A DNA stretch of 46,694 nucleotides, taken from the NCBI GenBank assembly GCA_045532525.1, contig JAZSGC010000085.1, positions 1 to 46,694 on the forward strand, read 5' to 3'. Source of the DNA: Candidatus Scatosoma sp. GTDB taxonomy: Bacteria > Bacillota > Clostridia > Christensenellales > Borkfalkiaceae. Below are positions 17,575-26,160 of this stretch, in pieces. The translations under genes and the position numbers were made by a program. The notes beneath the pieces are model-generated. The model was not told the DNA's origin, did no database searches, and worked only from the letters and a program-made list of their open reading frames with translations. Position 1 is the stretch's first letter. Each line of letters starts with the position of its first letter.

Positions 17575-17583
17575 TGTGGATAA
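17575..17583 (-). promoter_or_regulatory. Perfect DnaA box upstream of dnaN
   Basis: TGTGGATAA, the reverse complement of TTATCCACA. Confidence 0.6.
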
Positions 17584-17648
17584 ACGGTTTAAAGAAGATA
17601 TAAAAAAGGTTTATTTTCCCTTTCAAGGGAAAAACAGTGTGAATTCGC

Positions 17649-17678
17649 TTGCCAAAGCAAACGGAAATATGGTACAAT
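17649..17678 (+). promoter_or_regulatory. dnaN promoter
   Basis: TTGCCA, an 18-nt spacer, then TGgTACAAT. Confidence 0.5.
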
Positions 17679-17743
17679 AAAAAAGATAAAAACAAGGGCT
17701 GTTTTTCTTTAAGAAAAAAGCGAGAAATGAAGGAGTAATCAAG

Positions 17744-18856
17744 ATGAAATTTATTTGCGAAGGAACGGTACTTTCGGACGCGGCGTTTACGGTAAGCAAG
17801 GCTTGCGCGGCAAAGACGACCACCCCTATTTTAGAATGTATCAAATTGAAAGCGGAAAACGACGGCGTTATTTTGACTGCGTACGACGGGGAAATTTCCA
17901 TTGAAAAGAAAATCAAGGCGGACGTTTTGGAAGAAGGCGAGCTTTGCGTAAACGGGAAAACTTTCGCCGATTTTATCGGTAAAATTTCGATGCTGGAGGT
18001 TTCCATTAGCTCGGACGAAAAGGGCGTGGTTATACGTTATGCGGATTGCGAATCGTATATGCAGTCTTTGCCTGCGGACGATTTCCCCCGCTTTATCAAC
18101 CGCTCCACCGACGGGAAAGAGTATTTTGAAGTAAACGAAAATCAGTTAAAAACGTTGATTTCGCAAGTAGTTTTCTGCTGTGCGACGGACGAAAGCCGCC
18201 CCATTTTAAAAGGCGCGCTGTTGGTTGCCAAGGACGGTAAGCTGGAAGCGAGTGCGTTGGACGGGTTCCGTATGGCAAATTCCTATTGCGATATCGTGGG
18301 GACGAGTGCGGATATGAAAATCGTTTGCCCTGCAAGAACGCTTACGGAAATTGCGCGTATGCTGGACGATAAGGAAAACTTAAAGGTATATGCGGACAAA
18401 AATTCCCTTTCCGTTGCCGTGCAGGATACGATAATCACTTCCCGTTTGTACGCTGGGGAATTCGTAAAGAAAGAAAATATTTACCCCGTAGATTTCGTGA
18501 CCAAGGTCCGCGTGAAGAGAACGGAGCTTATCGACAGTATCGAACGTGCGTCCGTGCTTATCCGCGGAGATAAAAACAACTTAATTCAGTTTGATATTAA
18601 GATGAACAAAATCGTTATCAACGCCAACTCCGATTTGGGTAAGGTGGAAGAAACGGTTGCGGCGGATTTGGACGGTAAGGAATTAAAAATTGCAATGAAC
18701 GGCAAATTCTTGTTAGACGCAATCAAGGCTTTAAACGAAGAAATGATCGTATTATCCTTTAACACTTCGGTATCCCCTTTCATTTTGGAAAACGCCGAAG
18801 ACAAGCGTTGCCAGTATTTAATTTTGCCTGTCCGTACGGGAAACCAAGCAAATTAA
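17744..18856 (+). CDS. dnaN: DNA polymerase III beta sliding clamp
   Basis: 370-aa ORF with SD 'aaggag' and a three-domain beta-clamp pattern ('MKFICEG...', '...YLILPVR'). Confidence 0.95.
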   Translation: MKFICEGTVLSDAAFTVSKACAAKTTTPILECIKLKAENDGVILTAYDGEISIEKKIKADVLEEGELCVNGKTFADFIGKISMLEVSISSDEKGVVIRYADCESYMQSLPADDFPRFINRSTDGKEYFEVNENQLKTLISQVVFCCATDESRPILKGALLVAKDGKLEASALDGFRMANSYCDIVGTSADMKIVCPARTLTEIARMLDDKENLKVYADKNSLSVAVQDTIITSRLYAGEFVKKENIYPVDFVTKVRVKRTELIDSIERASVLIRGDKNNLIQFDIKMNKIVINANSDLGKVEETVAADLDGKELKIAMNGKFLLDAIKALNEEMIVLSFNTSVSPFILENAEDKRCQYLILPVRTGNQAN

Positions 18857-18986
18857 GCAAAGCAAAAAAAGACGTAGGCGCTTGGATTTAAAAGCCAAAC
18901 GGGCGAGTTATGTTTTTATTAAAATAAAAAAAAGCGAAAAAAGACTTTAAAATACGCAAAAGAAAGGAAAAAGCGTTAAAAATTGC

Positions 18987-19016
18987 TTGACGGACTTTGC
19001 GGATTTAAGGTATAAT
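18987..19016 (+). promoter_or_regulatory. rpmH promoter
   Basis: TTGACG (18987-18992), an 18-nt spacer, then TATAAT (19011-19016). Confidence 0.65.
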
Positions 19017-19088
19017 AATGAAGTTGTCGCGAAATTTCCGCGGCGTATATAAAAAAGAAAAATAAAAACCTAATCAGGAGAAAAAATT

Positions 19089-19223
19089 ATGAAAAGAACC
19101 TATCAACCCAAAAAGAGACAGAGAAGCAAAGTACACGGTTTCCGCAAGAGAATGGCGACGACTGCCGGCAGAAAGGTTTTGAAGAGACGTAGAGCAAAGG
19201 GCAGAAAGAGACTTACCCACTAA
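19089..19223 (+). CDS. rpmH: 50S ribosomal protein L34
   Basis: 44 aa, '[44 protein letters not shown]', with SD 'aggag'. It falls below the ORF-track length cutoff. Confidence 0.97.
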   Translation: MKRTYQPKKRQRSKVHGFRKRMATTAGRKVLKRRRAKGRKRLTH

Positions 19224-19253
19224 TAGAAAATATTTAAAATAAAAAGAAAGACA

Positions 19254-19296
19254 AATTCCTTTCCTTTACCCAAAGGAGAGGAATTGCCGTTTTTTA
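19254..19296 (+). terminator. Terminator/attenuator between rpmH and rnpA
   Basis: aattcctttcc / ggagaggaatt stem with one mismatch, followed by gccgtttttt. Confidence 0.6.
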
Positions 19297-19339
19297 AATC
19301 AAAGGAAATCTTTTTAAGTTTTCCGATTTTTTTAAAAGA

Positions 19340-19657
19340 ATGAAATATTTCAGATTAAAAAAACAGGCGGATTTTCAGCGATTATTCCAAAAAGGAAAGC
19401 GCGCGTTTTCCCCTTCTTTGACCATCGTCTACCGTCCTTCGGATAAAATGACGATGGGGATTTCCGTAGGAAAACGCCACGGAAAAAGCGTTATGCGCAA
19501 CCGTATTAAAAGGTTGCTGCGCGAAGCGTTTCGCTCCGTACAGCCTTTGATGCAAGGCACGTATAGCGTTATTCTTATTCCTAAGGTGAGCGAAGAATAC
19601 GCGTTTAAAACTTTTGAGCAGCATTTACAATGGATGATCAAAAAAGAAAAACTGTAA
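19340..19657 (+). CDS. rnpA: Ribonuclease P protein component
   Basis: 105-aa basic protein with 'LKKQADFQRLF' and 'RNRIKRLLREAF' motifs. Its position after rpmH fits. Confidence 0.92.
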   Translation: MKYFRLKKQADFQRLFQKGKRAFSPSLTIVYRPSDKMTMGISVGKRHGKSVMRNRIKRLLREAFRSVQPLMQGTYSVILIPKVSEEYAFKTFEQHLQWMIKKEKL

Positions 19658-19659
19658 AA

Positions 19660-19956
19660 ATGGAATTTGTTCCGCTTTTTTGCGAAAACTGGAAATACCT
19701 GCGCAAAAAAGTATTCCGTCCGCTTGGAAAAATCGTATGTATGCGGGCAATACGGTTTTATCAAAAATATATATCCAAGCACACTTGCTTATTTCGTCCT
19801 ACCTGCTCGCAATACACGCTGGAAAGTATCAACAACAACGGCGTGATTATCGGGATATGCCTTGGAGTATGGCGAATACTTCGGTGTAATCCTTTTTCTA
19901 AGGGCGGGTACGATCCCGCGCCTTTCCCCTATCTAAAAAAAAGATGGCTGCTTTAA
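19660..19956 (+). CDS. yidD: Membrane protein insertion efficiency factor YidD
   Basis: 'IRFYQKYIS...FRPTCSQYT...RILRCNPFSKGGYDP'. The start is ambiguous between 19630, 19660 and 19741. Confidence 0.85.
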   Translation: MEFVPLFCENWKYLRKKVFRPLGKIVCMRAIRFYQKYISKHTCLFRPTCSQYTLESINNNGVIIGICLGVWRILRCNPFSKGGYDPAPFPYLKKRWLL

Positions 19957-20037
19957 AAGCGGAGCGTTCCGTTTTTGATAAAAGCAAAGCCGAAAAATGA
20001 TAAAAGCGAAGCAGTTTTCTTCGCAAAAAGGTATATA

Positions 20038-22110
20038 ATGGGACTTTCAAATTTATTAGGTATATCCATCAATATATTTACGCAAACGTATACGGTGGAT
20101 ATCAATTTCATAGGGAAATTCATCGGGTTTTTGGTCGGTTTAGTCGGCGTCGGCTTCGGTGTTATTTTATTCTCGTTGGCGTTAAAGCTTGTTACCTTGC
20201 CTTTCGACGTGATACAAAGAAAGGCGATGCGCAAACAGAATATCCAAATGAAAGAAAATCAAGAGCGTATGGAAAAACTGCAAAAGCAGTACGCCAACGA
20301 TAAGGAGATGTATAACCAAAAGGTTATGGAAATGTACAAAGAGAACGGTATGTCGATGTTCTCTTCGTGCTTGCCTATGATTTTGTCGATGGTTATTTTC
20401 TTTATTGCCATCGGCGCGTTCAACTCCTATTCCGCATACGCAAACGTAGAAAACTATAACGATTTGGTCAGCGCGTACAACAGCGTGCTTTTGGACAAGG
20501 TTGCGGATACCGCGGACGTAGGCTGTGATTTTTCGGTAATCAGCGTAGAAGAAGTCAAAAATAAGAACGGCGAAATTACGGAATACGTATTCACCTATCA
20601 AGTAAAAGACGATACGCTTAGCAATGATAAGGTTTTGTATTATCAAGCAAAATACCACGAAAAAAATTTAGAGCTTGTAGAATTTAAAGCGGAAAACGAC
20701 GGCGTAGCAAGTATTCGTTATAAGAAAGACGGCGAAAACAATATTCCGTTGACAAGCGAAGAAGTAAGGCTGCTTTTAAGAAATAATTTAAAAGCGGAGT
20801 TGGAAGAAGAAGCCAACGCAGACGAAAAAATTACGAAAGCGGAAAGAAAGCAAATCAACGCGGCGTTGAAAGAAGCGGCAAAGTATGAAAAAACCTACTT
20901 CATCAACGACGAAAAAATAACGAGTTCGGTTACGGACGTAGACGTTTACGGTTATACCGTGCAGGTGCAAAAAATCTTCTCGCAGGAAGACGAAACGGAA
21001 GTTGTCGGTTACGAATTCGTTTACAGCGTTGCAAATAATAACACGTTTAACGGAGCTTTGCCTGTTATCAACTACACCGTTAAATATATCGAAAACGACC
21101 TTGAGCTGGTTAGCTACGATGAAACTAACCCTGCAAACAGCGTTCGCTATAAAAAAGACGGCGAAACTAAGGTTCCGTTGACGGAAGCGGACATAAAAGC
21201 GTATTTAAAATCCGATTTAAGTATTAAAGAATACGTGCGCGTAATCAATCCTGTAATCTCAGTATTACCAAAGGAAAACGACGGGTATCTTTTGTACCTG
21301 CAAGCTATCGAAGCGCAAAAGGCGTCTTTATTGAAGAAAAACCCCAACATTACGGCGGAAGCGTTGAGAAAATCCACGTACACGGGCTGTTTTGAAGACA
21401 TTGCGCAAACGGAAGTTGTTGCGGCGTATAAAGGCGGAATGAAATTCGACGGCTCGGGCAAATATACGGGCGTTGTAAATAAAACCAGCTTCCTTTGGAT
21501 TAAAAACGTTTGGGTAACGGACGCAATGTACAAAAATCCCGTTTTGGAATATAGGGATTTTGAAACGGCGATTGCGACCAAAAACGGTTGCTCCTGCTCG
21601 ACGACGAATAAAGCGAAGGATATTCCCGCGTATTCCAAAATCGGGTATAACACGGTAACGGAAAAGCTCGACAAGCAAAAAGACCAGTTTAACGGGTATT
21701 TCGTGCTTATTGCATTGTCAATCGGTACGATTTTATTGCAACAGTTTATTTCGATGCGTTCGCAAAAAGAACAGCAGAAATATTCGTCTGTGGACGGTCA
21801 GGGCGCAGGTCAGCAAAAGATGATGATGGTTATGATGACGGGTATGTTTGCGATTTTCTCGTTTATGTACAGCTCCGCGTTCTCCATCTACCTTATCGTA
21901 AGCAACCTGTTCTCGATGGGTTCTACGGTAATCATCAATAAAATCGTGGATAAATCCGTGGAAAAGAAAGAAGCGAAAGCCGCGGAAGAAAAATTTGAAA
22001 AGCGTTACGGCGGCAGAGTAGCGGCGGCGAAAGAAGCGGGCAAAAAGGCTGCGCAAGCAAGCAAAAATAAAAAATCCGTCGGCAAAAAAGACGAAAAGAA
22101 TAAAAAATGA
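20038..22110 (+). CDS. yidC: YidC/Oxa1-family membrane insertase with a ~370-aa extracytoplasmic insertion
   Basis: The YidC core is present: 'LPFDVIQRKAMRKQ...', a coiled C1 loop, 'NGMSMFSSCLPMILSMVIF', 'SFLWIKNVWVTD' and C-terminal TMs with a Lys-rich tail. ATG 20038 is assumed as the start. Confidence 0.85.
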   Translation: MGLSNLLGISINIFTQTYTVDINFIGKFIGFLVGLVGVGFGVILFSLALKLVTLPFDVIQRKAMRKQNIQMKENQERMEKLQKQYANDKEMYNQKVMEMYKENGMSMFSSCLPMILSMVIFFIAIGAFNSYSAYANVENYNDLVSAYNSVLLDKVADTADVGCDFSVISVEEVKNKNGEITEYVFTYQVKDDTLSNDKVLYYQAKYHEKNLELVEFKAENDGVASIRYKKDGENNIPLTSEEVRLLLRNNLKAELEEEANADEKITKAERKQINAALKEAAKYEKTYFINDEKITSSVTDVDVYGYTVQVQKIFSQEDETEVVGYEFVYSVANNNTFNGALPVINYTVKYIENDLELVSYDETNPANSVRYKKDGETKVPLTEADIKAYLKSDLSIKEYVRVINPVISVLPKENDGYLLYLQAIEAQKASLLKKNPNITAEALRKSTYTGCFEDIAQTEVVAAYKGGMKFDGSGKYTGVVNKTSFLWIKNVWVTDAMYKNPVLEYRDFETAIATKNGCSCSTTNKAKDIPAYSKIGYNTVTEKLDKQKDQFNGYFVLIALSIGTILLQQFISMRSQKEQQKYSSVDGQGAGQQKMMMVMMTGMFAIFSFMYSSAFSIYLIVSNLFSMGSTVIINKIVDKSVEKKEAKAAEEKFEKRYGGRVAAAKEAGKKAAQASKNKKSVGKKDEKNKK

Positions 22111-22160
22111 GAGAGTTAAGCCCCATTTTAACGATATCACACGGGGCAAGGAGTAGATAA

Positions 22161-23120
22161 ATGAATTACACGGAATTTACGGGGAAGACGGTTGACGAAG
22201 CGATTGAAAAGGGTTTGAAAGAGCTTGGTATCACCGCAGAACAAGCGGATATCCGCGTTTTGGAAGAAGGAAAAAAGAAGCTGTTTAAGTCGATTGCGGC
22301 GCGTGTAGAAATTGCTGTGAAAGAAAACGACAAAGCGGAAACGGAAAGCGTTTCCGCGGCTGAATGCGCACAGGAAAAGCCCTGCTGTGAAAAGGCGGAC
22401 GGCGCAACGGACGGGCAAAGAACGGTGGAATTTTTAGACGGTTTGTTCAAGCTTTTGAATATTACCGCTTGCACCGAGCTGGTTGCGGAAGGTGAAAAGG
22501 TGGAAATTAATGTTACGGCGGCGAACACCACGGCAATCATCGGTAAGCACGGCGCGATGCTGGACGCAATTCACACGCTTGCGGGCGCGGTTGCAAACAC
22601 GGGCAGGGACGAATACAAGCGCGTGGTTGTGGACTGTGAAAACTACCGTGAAAACCGTGAAGCGACGTTGAATAAGCTTTCTGAAAACCTTGCGCAAAAA
22701 GCCATTCGCTTGGGCAAGAAAATTCAGCTTGAACCGATGAACCCTTATGAAAGACGTATCATTCACGCGGCGCTTTCTGAAAGAGAAGGCGTTTCGACGA
22801 CGAGCGAAGGCAAAGAGCCGAACCGTTATATCGTGATTGTTCCCGATAACTTGGAAGACCCTTCCGCACCTGCGATTCCTGCAAGAAACGAACGCGGAAA
22901 CAGGGACAGACGCGACCGTGGCTACAATCGCGGTGGCAGAAGCCGTAACGACCGTGGCGGCAAGGATAGACGTGACCGCGGCGGCTACAACAAGAAGCCG
23001 TATAACCGCGATAGACGTTCTTCGGGCGGCTCAGCGACGGGCGGCACGACGTTGAAAACGTCCAACGATTTCTTCGGGATTTTCCTTGGAAACAGCGGCA
23101 ACAGCGAAGATAAAGAATAA
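22161..23120 (+). CDS. khpB: Jag/KhpB (Jag_N + KH + R3H RNA-binding protein) with an Arg/Gly-rich tail
   Basis: Jag_N region 'FTGKTVDEAIEKGLKELGI' and R3H region 'NPYERRIIHAAL'. The C-terminal ~80 aa are RDRG/RGG-rich. Confidence 0.9.
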   Translation: MNYTEFTGKTVDEAIEKGLKELGITAEQADIRVLEEGKKKLFKSIAARVEIAVKENDKAETESVSAAECAQEKPCCEKADGATDGQRTVEFLDGLFKLLNITACTELVAEGEKVEINVTAANTTAIIGKHGAMLDAIHTLAGAVANTGRDEYKRVVVDCENYRENREATLNKLSENLAQKAIRLGKKIQLEPMNPYERRIIHAALSEREGVSTTSEGKEPNRYIVIVPDNLEDPSAPAIPARNERGNRDRRDRGYNRGGRSRNDRGGKDRRDRGGYNKKPYNRDRRSSGGSATGGTTLKTSNDFFGIFLGNSGNSEDKE

Positions 23121-23126
23121 AAAGAG

Positions 23127-23152
23127 AAAGCTCCTTTTAAGGAGCTTTTTTT
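23127..23152 (+). terminator. Intrinsic terminator after jag
   Basis: aaagctcctt..aaggagcttttttt. Confidence 0.85.
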
Positions 23153-23232
23153 ACGCCTATTTTTATGTAAAACTGCGGTAAAGATAATATTCGCGCGAAC
23201 GGCAGGAAAATGTGAGGTAAACGATAATTGAT

Positions 23233-23763
23233 TTACGATAAGAAAGGCAGTTTTTTGCGCAGCTTGCGCACGGAGAAGAATAGCGGCGTACCTAATCCGT
23301 AAACCCAAATACATTCCGTGAGTGCAATCGAGCCTGCGTACGTGAAATACGCGATAGTAAGCGATGAAAAGTCTTCTCCCCCGCCGCATAAAAAGACGAT
23401 AATCAGCGGGATAAGTACGGCGTTAAATAGAACGGGGAAAAGTCCGCCGACTATAATTTTTAAGGGAGTATTTTTAATAAGTCTGCCCACCAGGTACGTA
23501 GCGACTGCTGAAAATAGGGTGGCAAGCGCGCCGATGGTTACGTCGTAAACAAGGTATGGCGACGTCAGGTTGGAAAGCATACACCCCACCCAAAGCGCAG
23601 GCACGGCTTCGGGAAATAAAAGCGCCAAAAGACAAGGCGCCTCTGCGGGACGGATTTGCAAGGGTCCGAAAGCAAAGGGCGCAAAAGCATACGTTAACGC
23701 CACGTACAGCGCGGCGATGATACCCGCTCGGCAAAGGCGTTTGGTCGTTGAAAATTTTTTCAT
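23233..23763 (-). CDS. queT: Queuosine-precursor transporter QueT (ECF S-component-like)
   Basis: 176-aa ORF with about 5 TM helices. The N-terminus 'RLCRAGIIAALYVALTYAFAPFAFGPLQIRPAEA' is typical of the QueT family. Confidence 0.8.
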   Translation of the reverse strand: MKKFSTTKRLCRAGIIAALYVALTYAFAPFAFGPLQIRPAEAPCLLALLFPEAVPALWVGCMLSNLTSPYLVYDVTIGALATLFSAVATYLVGRLIKNTPLKIIVGGLFPVLFNAVLIPLIIVFLCGGGEDFSSLTIAYFTYAGSIALTECIWVYGLGTPLFFSVRKLRKKLPFLS

Positions 23764-23866
23764 TTTTCACCTCGGTTTTTTTAATAAGGCTGCGCGCCTT
23801 GGGAAGTGTTTTCCGAAAACCTTCCTAACGTTTGGTATTATACCACGCAAAAGCGGGGTTTGTCAA
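23764..23866 (-). promoter_or_regulatory. queT promoter plus structured leader (candidate preQ1-responsive riboswitch, class unresolved)
   Basis: On the minus strand: TTGACA (23861-23866), an 18-nt spacer, then TGgTATAAT (-10 at 23837-23842). The leader reads ggaaggttttcggaaaacacttcc, then aaggcgcgcagcctt, then attaaaaaaaccgaggtg immediately before the ATG. Confidence 0.4.
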
Positions 23867-23870
23867 TAAT

Positions 23871-24512
23871 TTACGCCTTTTTAAGGCAAGAATTTTTATG
23901 GCTTCGCTCCCAAAGCAGGGCGGCGATGGCGTCGGAGATGATTTCCGACATCGTATATACCAAATTTAAGCGGGTGGTGTTTAAAAGTCCGTAGTTTGCC
24001 AAGGATTTTTCGGCGACGATACCCATAATTGAAATATCCCCCAGCGCGCCCAGCTTCTTATTTGCGCCTGCGCCCGGCATTAGCGGCGCGTCGGTAACGC
24101 GGATAAGTCCCACGTCCCCCTTTTCCCCCACCGCCGCGTCGATGGCGAGAATTTGGCTGTCCGCGTGCGTTTCTTTTAAAAAGGTTTGCATATATTTAAT
24201 CTCTTTGGCGGTAACCGGTGCGGCGAGCGTGCCGTAGATATACGCGCCCACGCCCTGCGTTTTATATTGCAGCATCGAGCCGGTTATCGGGCCTAAGCTA
24301 TCCCCGATGGCAAGGTCGCTGCCCACGCAAACCACCACGGGCGGCTTGTGGGCAAATTCCGTTTTCAAAAGGGCGGAAACTGCCCGTGAACTCGTACCTG
24401 CCCCCGTCATTTTATTTTTTTTCTTATTTAAATTTTCCGTTAAAAGCCGATCGGTTGCCATTGTTGCGCCGTCTGTGGCAAGCTTATTATAAATATGAAA
24501 GGAATATTCCAT
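23871..24512 (-). CDS. yyaC: YyaC-like putative sporulation protease (GPR/HybD-like fold family)
   Basis: 'VVVCVGSDLAIGDSLGP' matches the YyaC signature 'IGTDRSTGDSLGP'. SD 'aaggag' lies before ATG 24512. Confidence 0.8.
   Translation of the reverse strand: MEYSFHIYNKLATDGATMATDRLLTENLNKKKNKMTGAGTSSRAVSALLKTEFAHKPPVVVCVGSDLAIGDSLGPITGSMLQYKTQGVGAYIYGTLAAPVTAKEIKYMQTFLKETHADSQILAIDAAVGEKGDVGLIRVTDAPLMPGAGANKKLGALGDISIMGIVAEKSLANYGLLNTTRLNLVYTMSEIISDAIAALLWERSHKNSCLKKA
24387..24413 (+). repeat. Dispersed repeat copy k (inside yyaC)
   Basis: tgaactcgtacctgcccccgtcatttt. Read by yyaC as 'MTGAGTSS'. Confidence 0.6.
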
Positions 24513-24773
24513 TATCGCTTCTCCTTTACCTATTATCGCAAAAGCTATCGGCTTTTTAATACGTTTTACGCCGCCAAAAAAGTATTGCCGTAAATTGCGT
24601 AGAATAAACGCCGAAAAAGGAGAAAAAAGCGTGGAAATGCGTTGTAAAAAAAATCAAAATGCGGTATAATAGAAAAAAGCATTTTCGTTTTGTGGTTGCG
24701 CTGAATAAATGCAGAAAGCGGAGCGGCGCGCTATGTAAACACTCGGCTTTTTATAACGCGAAGGAGGAAAAGA

Positions 24774-25499
24774 ATGTCGGTGACGATGTCTACACAACAG
24801 CTTTTGGCTGCGACTTGGTCGAATTATCTAATCGACGTGGTTATTTTACTCTTTATCGCGGGGCTAACGATATTGTGCGCAAAACGCGGGCTTATAGAGT
24901 GTATGTTCGATTTTGCGTCTACGCTCGTTTCCTTTATCGTGGCGATTTTGCTTGCTAAGCTGCTGATTTTTATCACAGGCGGGCTGTTTGGTTTTCAGGA
25001 CTGGCTGGGCGGTTCGTTCTCTAAGGTATTTATAAAAATCGATGGATTTGACGCAATTTTATCCGAAGACGGCGCAAAAAACGCTTTGTTGGACAAGAAT
25101 ATCGCGGGGGTTATCGCCAACCTTGCCGTGCGCTGGTTTGCCAAAGGAAAGGTTGCAAACGGAACGACGATTGCCGCGTTGCTTGGCAAAATTACAGCAA
25201 GACTGTTTACTTTATTGATTTTAAGCGTCATTCTTTTCTTTGCGGCAAAGCTCTTATTGCTCTTAACGAAAAAATTCTTGACGGAAATCATCGACCGTAT
25301 CACTCTTTTGGACGCAACGAATACCGCTCTTGGCGCGGTGGTTGGGTTCTCGCAAGCGTTGCTCATTGTCGGCGCGGTGTTGGCGCTGTTTGCCGTAATT
25401 CCCTCTCCGCCCATCGACAACTACCTTTCCAACTGCTTATTCTTAGGCTGGTTGTACGAAAATAATATTGTCGTAGCCTTGTTAGGGCTGCTGATTTAG
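24774..25499 (+). CDS. cvpA: CvpA-family membrane protein
   Basis: 241-aa ORF with SD 'aaggagg'. The N-terminus 'NYLIDVVILLFIAGLTILCAKRGLIE' is typical of CvpA. Confidence 0.8.
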   Translation: MSVTMSTQQLLAATWSNYLIDVVILLFIAGLTILCAKRGLIECMFDFASTLVSFIVAILLAKLLIFITGGLFGFQDWLGGSFSKVFIKIDGFDAILSEDGAKNALLDKNIAGVIANLAVRWFAKGKVANGTTIAALLGKITARLFTLLILSVILFFAAKLLLLLTKKFLTEIIDRITLLDATNTALGAVVGFSQALLIVGAVLALFAVIPSPPIDNYLSNCLFLGWLYENNIVVALLGLLI

Positions 25500-25569
25500 C
25501 AAAAATCGACGAAAAGGCATTAAAATAAGAGATACACAGCAACGATATTAGTTTGACGAAATTCAACAA

Positions 25570-25606
25570 AAAATCCGCTTTTTTGCAAGGCGGATTTTTC
25601 TTTTTA
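25570..25606 (+). terminator. Intrinsic terminator after cvpA
   Basis: aaaatccgc / gcggatttt stem followed by a T-run. Confidence 0.85.
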
Positions 25607-25640
25607 TGCGTTTTTCGGTGTATAATTTGCATAATCAAAA

Positions 25641-26136
25641 TGTGTATAACTGTGGATAATTTTCCGCGAAGTCAAGAAAAGAACGTTTGTTTGTGGATAA
25701 AACGAACATTTTGGCGTTATTTTACGATAAATATTTACATTTTTTCCCATAAATTTTTATTGGAGAAAAAGTTATCCACGAAAAATTGAGATGAAGCGTA
25801 TATCTAACATTTCGGGAAATGCGCAGGTTATCCACAGAAAAATCCCGTGATTTCGCGGTAAAATCGCGCAAAAGCGTTTGTTATTGCAAATGCATTTTAT
25901 CTATTCGGGTGAAGTTATACACAATTTACTGACTGTATGGGTGGACAACCTGTACTTATCCACATTTATACACAAATAAGGGCTTATGGCTGTTTTTTAT
26001 TATGCGGCTTAGGTTATTTTTCGACAGTTTTCAACAAGCGCAGACAAATTGCGACAAGGACAATTTTTCCGCATTGTGGATAAATTTTTAGAGATGGACA
26101 ACCGACCATACCCCTACGCGCATTTATTGTGGATAT
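25641..26136. promoter_or_regulatory. Dense DnaA-box cluster in non-coding DNA between convergent genes
   Basis: Five perfect TTATCCACA/TGTGGATAA boxes at 25651-59, 25692-700, 25828-36, 25956-64 and 26075-83. Five one-mismatch boxes at 25641-49, 25772-80, 25915-23, 25966-74 and 26128-36. Also GGTTGTCCAC-type sites at 25941-50 and 26094-26103, and an AT-rich stretch at 25720-25770. Confidence 0.8.
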
Positions 26137-26160
26137 TTATAGAACGGTGTAAAAAAGGCA

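Noticed and set aside
23764-23830. A confident call of a class I preQ1 riboswitch.
   Set aside because: The P1 loop would be only 5 nt, against about 9-11 nt in known preQ1-I aptamers. Without a covariance-model scan I can only call it a candidate of unresolved class.
24408-24410. An alternative yyaC start at the internal ATG (MTGAGTSS...) that coincides with a repeat-copy mini-ORF start.
   Set aside because: The upstream ATG 24512 has a strong SD (aaggag). It also gives an N-terminal length comparable to B. subtilis YyaC. I keep this only as a note.
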